From the human T2T-CHM13v2.0 reference genome, Homo sapiens, in assembly GCF_009914755.1 (NCBI RefSeq), contig NC_060929.1: 64,000 nt of DNA. One strand, given 5' to 3'. A program made the position numbers and the translations under genes. Shown in pieces: positions 31,983 to 50,579 of the stretch (the stretch's first letter is position 1; every line of letters begins with the position of its first letter). The notes beneath the pieces were generated by a model. That model worked only from the letters and a program-made list of their open reading frames with translations, searched no databases and was not told the origin of the DNA.

Positions 31983-32192
31983 GTATTTAAAACATTTGCT
32001 CCAACAATAGCAAAATGTGAATAACACACCAGACGTGGTACACTTTATATGTATGGAAATTATGAACAACATAATAAATGTTCTGCAAAATAAAACTATT
32101 CTATATTAGGGCACAACAGCTGTGAATCATTTTAGAGCTTCCCAAGAATATATATTCAGTTTTAAATTTCCTAATTTTGCTGTGTGCTTTCA

Positions 32193-32646
<454 letters not shown>

Positions 32647-33200
32647 TTAAAAGAACCATTTTTCTCGTATATTTCTATTGACGAAGGTAATGTATTAAAC
32701 TTGTTGAATAACCTTAAATAGCAGTCAAAATGTGGACTTGGTGGATTTTTAATGTGTAGTATACCACTATATGCATGGGCAGGTTACACTAAGTCACCAA
32801 AGAGGGAAAATGTTGAAAAAAGAGAGGAGGAAAATAAACCTACTTGTAAATTCTCGGTTTTAATATTATTTTGTCAAGTATAATTTGTTAAACTGGGACT
32901 TTTCTTTCTATTGTAAGTCTCAATATAGCCACGTTTCTGCATGCTAAGTGCTGAAAAATTTATGAAAGGCATACATGTGGCAATTCAAATTTATTTTCAT
33001 TCATTGTTAAGTAACAATGACAACAGAAGACAATAATAAACAATAATAAAGCTGAGAAGTGAAATATAATCAAAATTAAGCTTGCTAAATTACTTCTACA
33101 TGTATTTTTGCTAATTTTTCCTACTGCATGTTTTGATCAACCTTGTGCTTAGGCAATCACAAGTCTAGAGGCACATTTAATCCACTATGTAGCATCTTAC

Positions 33201-33670
33201 TGATGCAGGGCAGATGAGTCCCAAAACTGGGGCTTAGCCTAGTAGGGTTCTTGGCTTTGCCCAGGAAATAATTCAAGGTTGAGCAGTGGTGTTACACAGC
33301 AACTTTTACTGAAGCAACAGTACACAGCAGCAGCAGAGGTACTGCTCTTTGTGGGGCTAGGCAGGGTGCCCAGAGTAGCAGCACGAAGGCAGTTCTGCAG
33401 TCATATTTATACTCACTTCTAATTTCATGCATATTAAGGGGCAGATAATGCAGAAATGTCTAGGAAATGGATAGCAACTTCTGGGTCATCTAGTCATTGC
33501 CATAGAAAGAGGCAGTAACTTCCAGGTGTTGCCATGGCAATGGTAAACTGACAAACTCTGGTGGATGGAATTTATAGAAAGCTGCTTCCACTCCGTCCCA
33601 TTTTAACTAGTCTCAATTTGGTCCAATGTTCGAACCCCATCCCCGAAGTTGAGTCCCACTGCCTACCTCC
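33201..33670 (-). mobile_element. MER66 (A/B-like) ERV1 solo LTR
   Basis: Reverse complement starts ggaggtaggcagtgggactc and ends ctcatctgccctgcatca; 4-bp TSD ttac at 33197-33200 and 33671-33674. Confidence 0.88.
33528..33541. promoter_or_regulatory. RFX X-box inside the MER66 LTR
   Basis: gttgccatggcaat is a 13/14 match to the palindrome GTTGCCATGGCAAC; function untested. Confidence 0.55.
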
Positions 33671-34159
33671 TTACTATTTGTTAAGACTGACTATACAATC
33701 TTTGTACATTGAATTGTGCATCTAATCTGCATTTTAAAAATGCAGACTGGGGATTCCCCTCTAGGTTTAATAAAAACTTAAGAGTTGTGACACCAGTATC
33801 CAATGTGGTAAAATTGCTTAAAACTAAAAGCTGCATCATGTCCCAAGGGACTGACAAACTTAAAGTGATGAAACACTATAAGGTATAAGAATAAACTCAC
33901 AATACTGATGAAACACACAGTAAGAGGAATTCAAAAGTGTGGGCTCTACATAAAATCAGTAAATATGTTAGAGAATAAGTGCAACTATTCTCTCATTCAT
34001 TTCTTTATTTGCATTATTATCCATTAGGAAAAATGTTGGGTCTTGTTTTAGTTTTGGTCTATCCTTTAAGATGTATGTTCCATTAATTTATTCTACTTAA
34101 AAATAAGTTTTCATTGCTTGTTATAATTTTTCTTATTCTACAAAGGAGTTTGGCATAGC

Positions 34160-34295
34160 ACTCTAGAGGGCAGACAAACATGAGGTGAATCCTAACTTAA
34201 TACTGTAGCTGTGTAACCTTGAGCAAATTAATTAACTTCCCCAGCTTCAATTCTCTACCGCCAGAAATAATGTATATAAAGCGTTTGGCCTGGCC
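34160..34295 (+). mobile_element. MIR fragment
   Basis: tagctgtgtaaccttgagcaaattaattaacttccc core. Confidence 0.65.
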
Positions 34296-34655
34296 TATTT
34301 TATAAATACATATACATAACTGTGTCTCTGTCTACATTTAAAACTATACTAAAAAGAGTGTATACGTATTTACATAAATGATGTTTTTGAAATCTGATAA
34401 AGTTAGAGGAATTGCAACATATTTTTATTCACCATGCTTTTGATGGTTGCCTATTCCTTCATTGTGTGGATTTATCATAATATGTTATGAGTCTCTTGTT
34501 GTTGAATGGTTAGTCTATTTCCAAAATATTGCTATTATAAACAAAGCTGTAATCATGTTTTAAAGTACATTTATTTCCAAATTTTATGATTAAAAATAAT
34601 TTAATGCTCTGTCATGTTCATGCTTATAGGTTTAGTAAATATTTTCCTTTTTTTT

Positions 34656-34930
34656 CCAACCTGGCCAACATGATTAAACCCCGTCTTTACTAAAAATACA
34701 AAATTAGCCAGGCATTGTGGCATATGCCTGTAATCCCAGCTACTGGGAAGGCTGAGGCAGGAGAATCACTTTAACCCAGGAGGTGGAGGTTGCAGTGAGT
34801 CAAGATTGCACCACTGCACTCCAGCCTGGATGACAGAGCAAGACTCTGTCTCAAAAAATAAATAAATAAATAAATAAATAAATAAATAGATAAATAAAAA
34901 TAAAAAGAAATTAAAAATAAAGAATAAAAG
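34656..34930 (+). mobile_element. 5'-truncated AluS with (AAAT)n tail
   Basis: Starts ccaacctggccaacatg; TSD-like atattttcctttt on both sides. Confidence 0.92.
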
Positions 34931-35909
34931 ATATTTTTCCTTTTCCTCGAAGTAGATTTTTTAAAGTTAGAAAATTACAGAGAAATTATGAAAAAAGGAA
35001 ATAAGATGCTCTGAGAAGTATCATTTGTTGTATTATTGCCCTACCTTTTAGTTAATTGAGTTTTTTAAATGTAGACAACACTGCTCAGTGTGATGACACT
35101 GCTGAAATGTTTCATTATTTTATACCAGTTCAGGTTAAAGCAATTTTGTGTTATGCGGAGGATAACAACATCTCATTTATCCTCAAGAAATGTGGTCACT
35201 GTTGCTCTTCTGGTGAGAATCTATTTTATAAGTTGTCTTCACAACATTAATGTACTGTTCAGATTTCTAGAGTAGTTGTACTTCAAAATATTGAAGGAAA
35301 TATTTTGTTCTCTATCGAGAGACCACTTTTTGTGGAAGGAGACTGACATGGCATTTTTATATTTTAGCATTACATCAAGCATTGAAAAATATGGAAATCC
35401 TGCATAATTTTAAATAGGGCATGTCAAACTTCAGTTATTGGAGAACAAGAAACTAACCAAGCATGGGGGAAAATATCAGAAACTGGATCTCAAGTTGGAA
35501 GAAAATAAAAAGATTCCACAAATGTTGACAGTTCAAAGACAAAATAAAGTGATTAATTGTATAATCTAAGGAAGCTTTTTAAATACACACATATGTTATA
35601 TCAACTTATTGCAAATGCAAATTTATGGTCATTTATTGTTGACAATGATGACAGAGAAATAGCTTGGAGAGAAACAAAAGAAATGTGTTTTCTAGCATTT
35701 TATGTTTATAGGATTATGAAATAAATGATCCATAGCTATGAAGCCATAGTTAATTATGGGTAAAATTTCTGGATATAAATATTAGAATAATTGTATGTTT
35801 AAAATTGTGTCAACATTGATATCTATGTTTAGCAGCAATTATAAAGGAAAACTATCTGTAAGCTGAAAGGATTGTTGTTAAAGAAGCTAAAAGTAAGTAA
35901 TGCCCAATA

Positions 35910-36503
<594 letters not shown>

Positions 36504-36737
36504 TTGAACAATCAGGCAGCAACATTTGCTGTTCACCAGTATCCACTGTTCTGCAGCCTCTGCTGCTTATACCCAGGCAAACAGGGTCTGGAGTGGACCT
36601 CCAGCAAACTCCAACAGACCTGCAGCTGAGGGTCCTGACTGTTAGAAGGAAAACTAACAAACAGCAAGGACATCCACACCAAAGCCCCATCTGTATGTCA
36701 TCATCGTCAAAGACCAAAGGTAGATAAAACCACAAAG

Positions 36738-37753
36738 GTGGGGAAAAAACAGAGCACAAAAACTGGAAACTCGAAAAATCAGAGCGCCTCTCCTCCTCCA
36801 AAGGAACACAGCTCCTCACCAGCAATGGAACAAAGCTGGACGGAGAATGACTTTGACGAGTTGAGAGAAGAAGGCTTCAGACGATCAAACTACTCGGAGC
36901 TAAAGGAGGAAGTTCGAAACCACGGCAAAGAAGTTAAAAACCTTGAAAAAAATTAGATGAATGGCTAACAAGAATAACCAATGCAGAGAAGTCCTTAAAG
37001 GACCTGATGGAGCTGAAAACCATGGCACGAGAACTACGTAACAAATGCACAAGCCTCAGTAGCTGACTCGGTCAAGTGGAAGAAAGGGTATCAGTGATGG
37101 AAGATCAAATGAATGAAATGAAGCAAGAAGAGAAGTTTAGAGAAAAAAGAATAAAAAGAAATGAATAAAGCCTCCAACAAATATGGGACTATGTGAAAAG
37201 ACCAAATCTACATCTGATGGGTATACCTGAAAGTGATGGGGAGAATGGAAGCAAGTTGGAAAACACTCTGCAGGATATTATCCAGGAGAACTTCCCCAAT
37301 CTAGCAAGGCAGGCCAACATTCAAATTCAGGAAATTCCGAGAATGCCACAAAGATACTCCTTGAGAAGAGCAACTCCAAGACACATAATTGTCAGATTTA
37401 CCAAAGTTGAAATGAAGGAAAAAATGTTAAGCGCAGCCAGAGAGAAAGGTCGGGTTACCCACAAAGGGAAGCCCATCAGACTAACAGCTGATCTCTCAGC
37501 AGAAACTCTACAAGCCAGAAGAGAGTGGGGGCCAATATTCAACATTCTTAAAGAAAAGAATTTTCAACCCAGAATTTCATATCCAGCCAAACTAAGCTTC
37601 AAAAGTGAAGGAGAAATAAAATACTTTACAGACAAGCAAATGCTGAGAGATTTTGTCACCACCAGGCCTGCCCTACAAGAGCTCCTGAAGGAAGCACTAA
37701 ACATGGAAAGGAACAACCGGTACCAGCTGCTGCAAAAACCTGCCAAATTGTAA
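36738..37753 (+). pseudogene. Disrupted L1 ORF1p (start ATG changed to GTG, frameshift and stops)
   Basis: (M)GKKQSTKTGNSKNQSASPPPKE... and ...RARREWGPIF-like and YPAKLSF motifs in separate ORFs. Confidence 0.93.
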
Positions 37754-37816
37754 AGACCATCAAGGCTAGGAAGAAACTGCCTCAACTAACGAGCAGAATA
37801 ACCAGCTAACATCATA

Positions 37817-41484
<3,668 letters not shown>

Positions 41485-43665
41485 CACGGAATACTATGCA
41501 GCCATAAAAAAGGATGAGTGCATGTCCTTTGCAGGGACATGGATGAAGCTGGAAACCATCATTCTCAGCAAACTATCGCAAGGACAAAAAACCAAATACC
41601 GCATGTTCTCACTCATAGGTGGGAATTGAACAATGAGAACACATGGACACAGGAAGGGGAACATCACACACTGGGGCCTGTTGTGGGGTGGGGGGAGGGG
41701 GGAGGGATAGCATTAGGAGATATACCTAATGTTAAATGGCGAGTTAATGGGTGCAGCACACCGACATGGCACATGTATACATATGTATCAAACCTGCACA
41801 TTGTGCACCTGTACCCTAAAACTTAAAGTATAACTTCTTTCAACAAGTTGCCACTTTGATCCACATGAAACTGTAGATACTAAATACAGATGATATTAGA
41901 TTCTCTTCTAATGAGGGGAACTGAGATCTAATAGCTTAAGAAATGCCACATTCTCAAATACTGTTTGTAAATTCTGATTTAGGATATTTGTCTATTTTTT
42001 GAAAAAAGTTGTAATGCAATACAACTTAAAAGTACTTGATCCTGTCCAAAAATAATCAATCTTCTCGAGTGAACTGACTAAAATATCTAAACTAGCTATT
42101 TAATCAAGAAAGAGACAGAACATGTCATTAAACCAGTCATAGGATTTTTTGCTTTTTTAATCTCCTTAGGCTGACATGTCATGGCTCAGTCAACAAGCAC
42201 AATTATCCTTAACCTGAGGACATATATTAACAAGAAGCCATCTATTTCTGGTTATAGATACTCTTCTGCACGTGACTGTGGAAAAAATATGGATATGAAT
42301 TAAGCAGATTATTGGAGCTATATACAAAATCATGATATATTCTTAGTTATTAGGGATGTTAGGGAAAAAATAAGTGATGAAAATAGCCAGCTCAGGACAT
42401 CTGACTTGACAGTCAATGCAATCAAAGATGTGATATTAGTGGCACATTCACAGTTACACTTCTGATTTTCTGATTCTTCCCTTAAGCATTTGCATTTCTA
42501 GTGACATAAAGTATGGTCAGATGTGGGTACCAAAGTGAAGAAGAAAAAAATGGAGATAAGTTTCTTAATAGTGGAAAAATAGAATATTGTTACGTTAATT
42601 TTCTTGGTCAGAGGAACTTAACCTATTATCTCTTTATGTTTCAAAAAGAGTATGGTGTGCATGTGTGTGTATTTGTGTGGGCATGCATGTGAGTGCACGT
42701 GTGTATGCATGGGTGTGTGGTGCGTGCTGGTTTGTAAGAAGAAAGTTCATAGTTTTCAAGAGATATTTCCTCTTAAAAATATGGAATAGCAAATATTTCA
42801 ATGTTTGGCTATTGAAGGTATAGGCTGAATTAGGTGGATGACTTTTAAAAAAAATTAGTATTTTAGCGAAGACATCATATAAACTTGGAGCAAAATAGAA
42901 CAAACTCATGTTTAAAAGAAGTCACACTACTCCAGTCATATTCTTCTGCATCCTATATTTTGTCTAGCTTACTACAATTCTGACTATGGGCTTCTACTGA
43001 GCATAAAACCCATACTTTCATTTTTCTGTTTGGATTTTGCTGGTGTGGGTGTTAGTTTGCTTATTTGGTCCTAAAGAACTAAAAGGATTGCATTTTGTGA
43101 GGAAATTCCAAAGAAATGATATAAATGAACACTCTTTTTCTTTCATTTTATTCAACGTATAGACATAATGGACCAGGAAGTTGTCCGGTATAAAATAATC
43201 TTGAAATGGAGCACACACAAAAGATAATAAATAGAATAAATTTTGAATTTTTTGTTCAAAAATGAGTTTATTTCAGATAATGCTTTAAGAAGATCCTATG
43301 AACTATTTTATACGTTATTATAAAGAAATCTACAACTGAAAAGTTTGGCTTTTCTGTATGAAGTATTTCTTATTAACATGTAATATATGAACAGTTTTGC
43401 ATTTACACTTTATTAGCAGTAAGCGTAGACATACCAGTTCATTGTACAGCTGTTTTTAAAATACCCAATTATTTTATATTTTTGGTCTTTACTATGTATT
43501 TGGAAATAGAGGACTATTTTGATGTCAGTCATTCAAGAAGGTAAATCAACTAAAACTTGGCTAGTCTAGAATTTACTCAAAGCTGCATAAATGCTTTATA
43601 AAATTCATATGCAAAACCGTTTGGACAAGTGGATGCAGCAGTTAGGTGATGTTGTATAAATTCAC

Positions 43666-43704
43666 CGTTTATATTAAAGTCGGATGATCTCGTCCTCCCG
43701 GTTT
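43666..43704 (-). other. Candidate exon (39-nt cassette or start of a terminal exon)
   Basis: Long pyrimidine tract then ctacag acceptor; ACG|gtgaat donor; local CpG retention. No transcript evidence. Confidence 0.3.
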
Positions 43705-44107
43705 CTGTAGATGTCAAGAGGATAAAAGGTTCAAAAGGGTGAGGAAAAGAGGATGTTTTCATTACAAGGGGTACTTAAGGCTCTTATATATTCATATTAC
43801 CAGACATGTTAAAAGCTCATTTGTCTGCCAAGAGCATGTGAACATAGTACCTGAGTTATTTGAAATTGCCACACTTATGAAAGAACTATTGTCCTAAAGA
43901 GGAACTTGAATAAAAGCCTGCCAGGTTAAGGTTTCCTTGGAAGTGCTTTGTAGTTTTTATAATAACTCACAGGACTTTCTGAAATTCTGATTAAATATTG
44001 TACTTCTGAAGGTTAATTTTCCAACAGTAACAGATCATGCTGTTTTGGAATTATCTTAGTTGACTTTCTAAACTCTTAATTTTTAGTTGAATCTTATTAT
44101 TCGTATT

Positions 44108-44166
44108 TCTTCTCTCTCTCCTCTCCCTATCTCTCTCTCTGTCTCTCTCTCTCTCACTCGCTCTCT
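44108..44166. repeat. (CT)n pyrimidine microsatellite
   Basis: Directly visible. Confidence 0.85.
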
Positions 44167-45464
44167 GTAATGTAAAAAAATTGAAATACAAAAAGGCCTT
44201 TACAGCAATTCATAAAGGGTGGGCAAAATCATCAGATGAGGAATTATATTAATGAAAAAAAAAGTTGTTTCCTAATAAATTAGTCGATTCTATTTTCCCT
44301 TGCAAGTAGATTATTAAATATCCACATTTAATTAAAGTAGGGAAAACTTGTAAGGGGGAGAAGGAACAGTAGAACAGCAAACAAGAGTAGCAAACTGATA
44401 TGATTAGCAAAATACCTTTGAATTCCAGAAAGCTCTGGACAAAATAAGGGCATAGGAGACAAATAATTTTCAGCAAGAGATGTGCTGAATACTTTCAAAT
44501 ATTTTAGGAATGAGTTAGTCAATGTTATGACCAGTAGTGACAGTTATATAACAGACTTCAGCTTTAAAATAGATCTTTATTTTTGATGTTACTATGACAT
44601 TTTTTCTAAGAGGTCTTGTTGCTGAAAGACTGAAAATCAGTGACATGGGTAATAGCTGTGTGACAAAATTGAATTTCAAAATATGAAAAACAAAACTCCT
44701 GAATATCTATCAGGTCAATGACCCTATATAAATTACTTTTTCCCAAGCTGGGTTGTTGAGATATCATTTTTCCAAAAAAAACCCCACATCTCTCTTTAAG
44801 TGTATATTGACTGGTTAAAAATTACCATTTAAAAAAATACTTGAAATTAGTTTCATACTTGCAATGATAGATGATTTTTGAAAGTGTAACACTGCATTAT
44901 TTGATAGTTTAATGTGAATTTATTATATCATAATGTTTGGCAAATGCCACAAAAGCAATTAGAATTTACTTAATTGTTGCCCATACACCATTCTTTCATG
45001 GAAATTAAAGAAGAACATTATGAGGCACATCTGATAAGTAAGTGATTCCTTAAAGCAAAGTCTATAAATATGTTTAGTCACCTTCTATCAATTTTTCAAA
45101 GAAGCATATTGCCACCAAAATGGAAACAAATATATCTTAATTTGTTTTTGAAGGACCTTTATTTGTTTAATGGGTAGCCAAGAAAGGGATTTAAGGGCTT
45201 GCTATGGAACCATAAGGCATGTATTTTTGTGAGTTCATATGAATGGGGTGAAGGGAATGGAAAAATGAGTTTAATGAGAAAAATATGAGTGTAGGTTCCT
45301 AGGAAGAAACAAGGGGTATATTTATTAATAGGCTTCTTTTGTTTACCCAGCATTATTCCATCTGTCAGAAAGAGAACTGTACATAAAAGCTGTGGTGGAT
45401 AGTTCTCTTAAGGATTCTGTAAAAGCAGATGCCCAAGCTGAGATATTTGGAAGTCCCAGAGTCA

Positions 45465-45956
<492 letters not shown>

Positions 45957-46729
45957 CTAAATAACACAAGCATCTATAGTCATTGATCATAAAAATTGAT
46001 TCACTTTTTCAGCAAGAACATGGGATGCTGGTGGTCCATGTGCTGGAACCTTTTCAAAGGAGTGAAGGCTGAACTTCCTACTGTCCTTATGTAAAAAAAA
46101 AAAAAAAAAAAAAAAAAAATTGGTTTTAGCTTGAATAAAGATCCAGCCCTCTTTTGGCATAACAACATGAGTTCTGTAGTGGGTGGAGAGAATCAGTGAA
46201 AACACCCCACTTTAAAATGTGATAAGGTTTTCCATAAATCAGTGCCTTTATTAGACTCACTGTGTCATTGACAATAAAATAGCAGAGCTGGATGTCCCCA
46301 CCAATATTTCATAGTTTTATTTTGAAAAAATATCATATCCAGTGTTCTGCCAGTATTGTATGATTTACTGTTTTACACTCAATTTTGAAATATCCGTCCC
46401 CATCTCAGCTATTCTATTCTTGGCACCAGGAAAGATTTTGCTTCAGGTTTTATTTATTCAGAGCCTGTTAATGTTGTAATTTTTATATCACTGTCATGTC
46501 ATTTTGCCACTAATGTCATATATCTGATAAAAGAGCACAGGGAGAGAAGCTGTGTTCTTATTAATTAGAGAGGTCCGATAAATGGATTATCTTATTTAGT
46601 AAGCAAGTCCTTGACAGGCAGGAGAATACAGATGGGCATATTAATGCCGTCTTCTCAATTTACTGCTGTGTTAACACTAGCTTCATTCTTCTTGGTAAAT
46701 CTGAATATCTCCCTAAAACCTGCTTTACT

Positions 46730-46980
46730 AATAATAGCTAAACATTACTGAATGACTAGCATGATTAACTATATATGCTATATTAACTTGAATTATTTCA
46801 TTTATTTCTTATACCAACCCTATGATCGATGACCTGTTATTACAATCTCCATTTTAAAGATGAGGAAAGCAAGGCGGAGAAATGTTATAGTCACATAAGA
46901 TTTCACAGCTAATAAAGCTAGACTTGAAATAAGTGCTGGTAATTCTTCCTTAGAGATACTTTTCTCATACTCCTGTCTTA
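46730..46980 (-). mobile_element. MIR fragment
   Basis: ataatagctaaacattactga...ccattttaaagatgaggaaagc core. Confidence 0.65.
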
Positions 46981-47438
<458 letters not shown>

Positions 47439-48159
47439 TTATATTGTTGTTTGCTCATTGAAGAAACATGCAGCTTCTGTTTCTGTCCTATAACAAGGCA
47501 AACTTGCTCATCATGTCCTCAGCTGGGGATACTGAGTAATACTGTACTTTAAAATGTAGGAGAATATTATCAAGACTTATCTTGCTTTTATATGGAAAAG
47601 GTATTTTTTTCCTCCAATGTCATTATTCAAATAATTTCAACTTTGAAGATAAAAAGTGGAATCTACTTCCTCCTTATGGTTTCCTTTGTTTTCAGTGGCT
47701 TATTCCCTGACTGGTTTCTTGTGCAGAAGGTACCTAACATGCTAAGTTTCTTACCCCTGTGGTATAGTTTTTGTATTTTAATATTTAGCTGCTGGAACTT
47801 TCATTAACACTCACACACACCCAAACACACACATAAACAGAAATTGGGTTTTTAGCTTTCATTTTATGAAAGCTATGTGAAATAATAGAAAAGTATGATA
47901 ATCCCTGGGTAGATATTTATTATTTTGGGGGGAATAAAGAGCTTTCAAGAAAAAGGAGATTTCAAGAAAAAAGATATATTTGTTTTAAGGGCACTATAAG
48001 ACAAAATTGGATGCATTTCTAAAGAAAACTGAATTGTGTCTTTCTTACCTGTTGAATGATTCTTGCTCATTGGGCCATAGCCCATTCACTGCCATTTCTT
48101 GACCCAGATTTGTAGGATGTTAATAACCCTGTCCAATCCTGACCAGTTGGACTTCATGA

Positions 48160-48498
<339 letters not shown>

Positions 48499-48704
48499 TA
48501 AAGGCTCAGCCACATCTAGCTTCTGTGTCTCACTGAACCAACTCAGGGAGAGCTTTTTCATCTTCCACACTCCAGAAAAATGGGTCAGAGTGGAAATCCG
48601 TTAGGGTTTCGTAGACCTAGCCCTTTAATTTCCTCAAATGTGATACTTGTATTTCAGTTTGTAAGACCGCTCTTCTACTTTGACTTCCATTTTAGTATGA
48701 TACT

Positions 48705-49120
48705 TGTTAAATCAAGTTGGCCTAGAGTCGTTTCCTTACATATTTTAAGTTAGGCCCAAAGGGTTCTCTGTACATAGTGAACTATAACCTAAATGAAGTT
48801 AGATTATAGTTATAACCTAAAGATACTGCAGCCTGTTCGTGTGCTGATCACCAAGTTTGGGCCAATCAAAGGTGACCAACTGTTCAAACCATGTTCAAAT
48901 AAGGCAGATGCTGAGCTGTAACCAATCCGGCTGTTTCTGAACCTCACTTCCCTTTTTCTGTAGGTCACTTTCCTTTTTCTGTCCATAAATCTTCTACCAC
49001 ATGACTGTGCTGGAGTCTATCTGAGCCGACTCTGGCTGAAGAGGCTGCCCAATTCATGAATCATTGTTTGCTCAATTAAATATTGTTAAATTTAATTCGG
49101 TGGGGGCTTTTCTTTGAACA
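48705..49120 (+). mobile_element. MER57 (A/B-like) ERV1 solo LTR
   Basis: tgttaaatcaagttggcct...ggccaatcaaagg...gagctgtaaccaatccggctg...ctttgaaca. Confidence 0.85.
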
Positions 49121-49600
49121 CAGTCTTTGATGGGGGCTTAAAGTCACTCTCAAAGTTGTAACTTCCTCAGCAGGGATACTAACTCTTTACTGTATTCTGT
49201 CAATGACCTCTTTGGATGCTTCTCCCTATTCTCCCATTCCTCTCAGTGGCCCTTCCTGTTCCCAGTAACTGGTCATCTGGGGCCAAGCATTAGACTCCTT
49301 TGACTTTGAGAATTATCAATTTTAGAAAACACTTGCTGTCCCCCATACCAGAGAGCCCCTCTTGGACACTTGTCCTGGCCTGGTTCAAACCTGAGTGTAC
49401 TGAATATTATGAGTTAAACTGTGACCTGGGGAGCTCAGCCATGGGGATGTTTTGTCCTAGTTCATGGCGCCCTCACCTTCCCCAGTAGCTTTTTAGGCTA
49501 CAAGGTCCCAGCATGTCTGTGAACTGAGCCCATCTGAGGAGCAACAGTAAATATATGGCATTTATTCTCAAGCACTACTGGCTGTATCTCAAACAAAATA

Positions 49601-49862
49601 TAGCTGACCCTTGAATAACACAGGTTTGAGCTGTGCAGGTCCACTTATATTTGGATTTTCTTCTGCCTCTGCCAACCCCGAGACAGCAAGACCAACCCTC
49701 CTCTTTTTCCTCCTTCTCAGCCTACTCAACAGGAAGATAACAAGGATGAAGACCTTTATGATGATCCATTTAATGAGTAGTAAATATATTTTCTCTTTCT
49801 TATGATCTATCTAGCTTATTTTATTTTAAAAATACAGTACATAATATATATAACAAGTACAT

Positions 49863-49894
<32 letters not shown>

Positions 49895-50579
49895 ACAGTA
49901 CATAATATATATGCCAAGTATGCATTAATTGACTATGGCAGCAGTCTCCAACCTTTTTGGCACCAAGGACTGATTTTGTGGAAGAAAATTTTTCCATGGA
50001 CAACCAGTAGGGGATGGTTTCAGGGTAATTCAAGTGCATTACATTTATTGTGCATTTTATTTCTATTATTACATTGGAATATAAAATGAAATAATAATAC
50101 AACTCACCATAATGTCAAATGAGTAGGAGCCCCGAGCTTGTTATCCTACAACTAGATGGTCCCATCTGGGAGTGATAGACAATGACAGACCATCAGGCAT
50201 TAGATTCTTATAAGGAGCATGCACCCTAGATCCCTCACATGTGCAATTCACAACAGAATTCGGATCCCTGAGAATCTAATGCCACTGCTGATAGGAGGCT
50301 GAGCTCAGGCAGCAGTGAGCAATGGAGAATGGCTGTAAATAGAGATGAAGCTTCACTTGCTCAAATGCTGCTTACCTCCTCCTGTGTAGCCTGGTTCCTA
50401 ACAGGCCAAGGAATGGTACCAGTCTGTGGCCCGAAGGTTGGGGATCCCTGGCCTATAGTATCAATAAGGCTTCTGGTCTAGTAGGCCAGAAATTTTGAGG
50501 GAGTTGAATTTGTACGTGGATTTATGACTATGCGAAGGGTCAGTGTCTCTAACCCCCATGGTTGTTCAAGGGTCGATTG
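49601..50579 (+). mobile_element. Tigger2a (MER28-type) DNA transposon, interrupted by MER1A
   Basis: Terminal inverted repeats tagctgacccttgaataac / gttgttcaagggtcgattg with TA flanks; internal gagacagcaagaccaaccc. Confidence 0.88.
49939..50450 (-). mobile_element. MER1A hAT-Charlie DNA transposon
   Basis: Ends cagcagtctccaacct / ggttggggatccctg; 8-bp TSD gactatgg / gcctatag. Confidence 0.88.

Noticed and set aside
35088-35110. GTGATGA...CTGA resembling C/D snoRNA boxes
   Set aside because: The boxes are only a few nt apart; no D box or terminal stem at the 60-100 nt spacing expected.
41683-41706. G-quadruplex-forming tract (also 6360-6382 on the minus strand)
   Set aside because: A standard, well-described feature of L1PA 3' UTRs.
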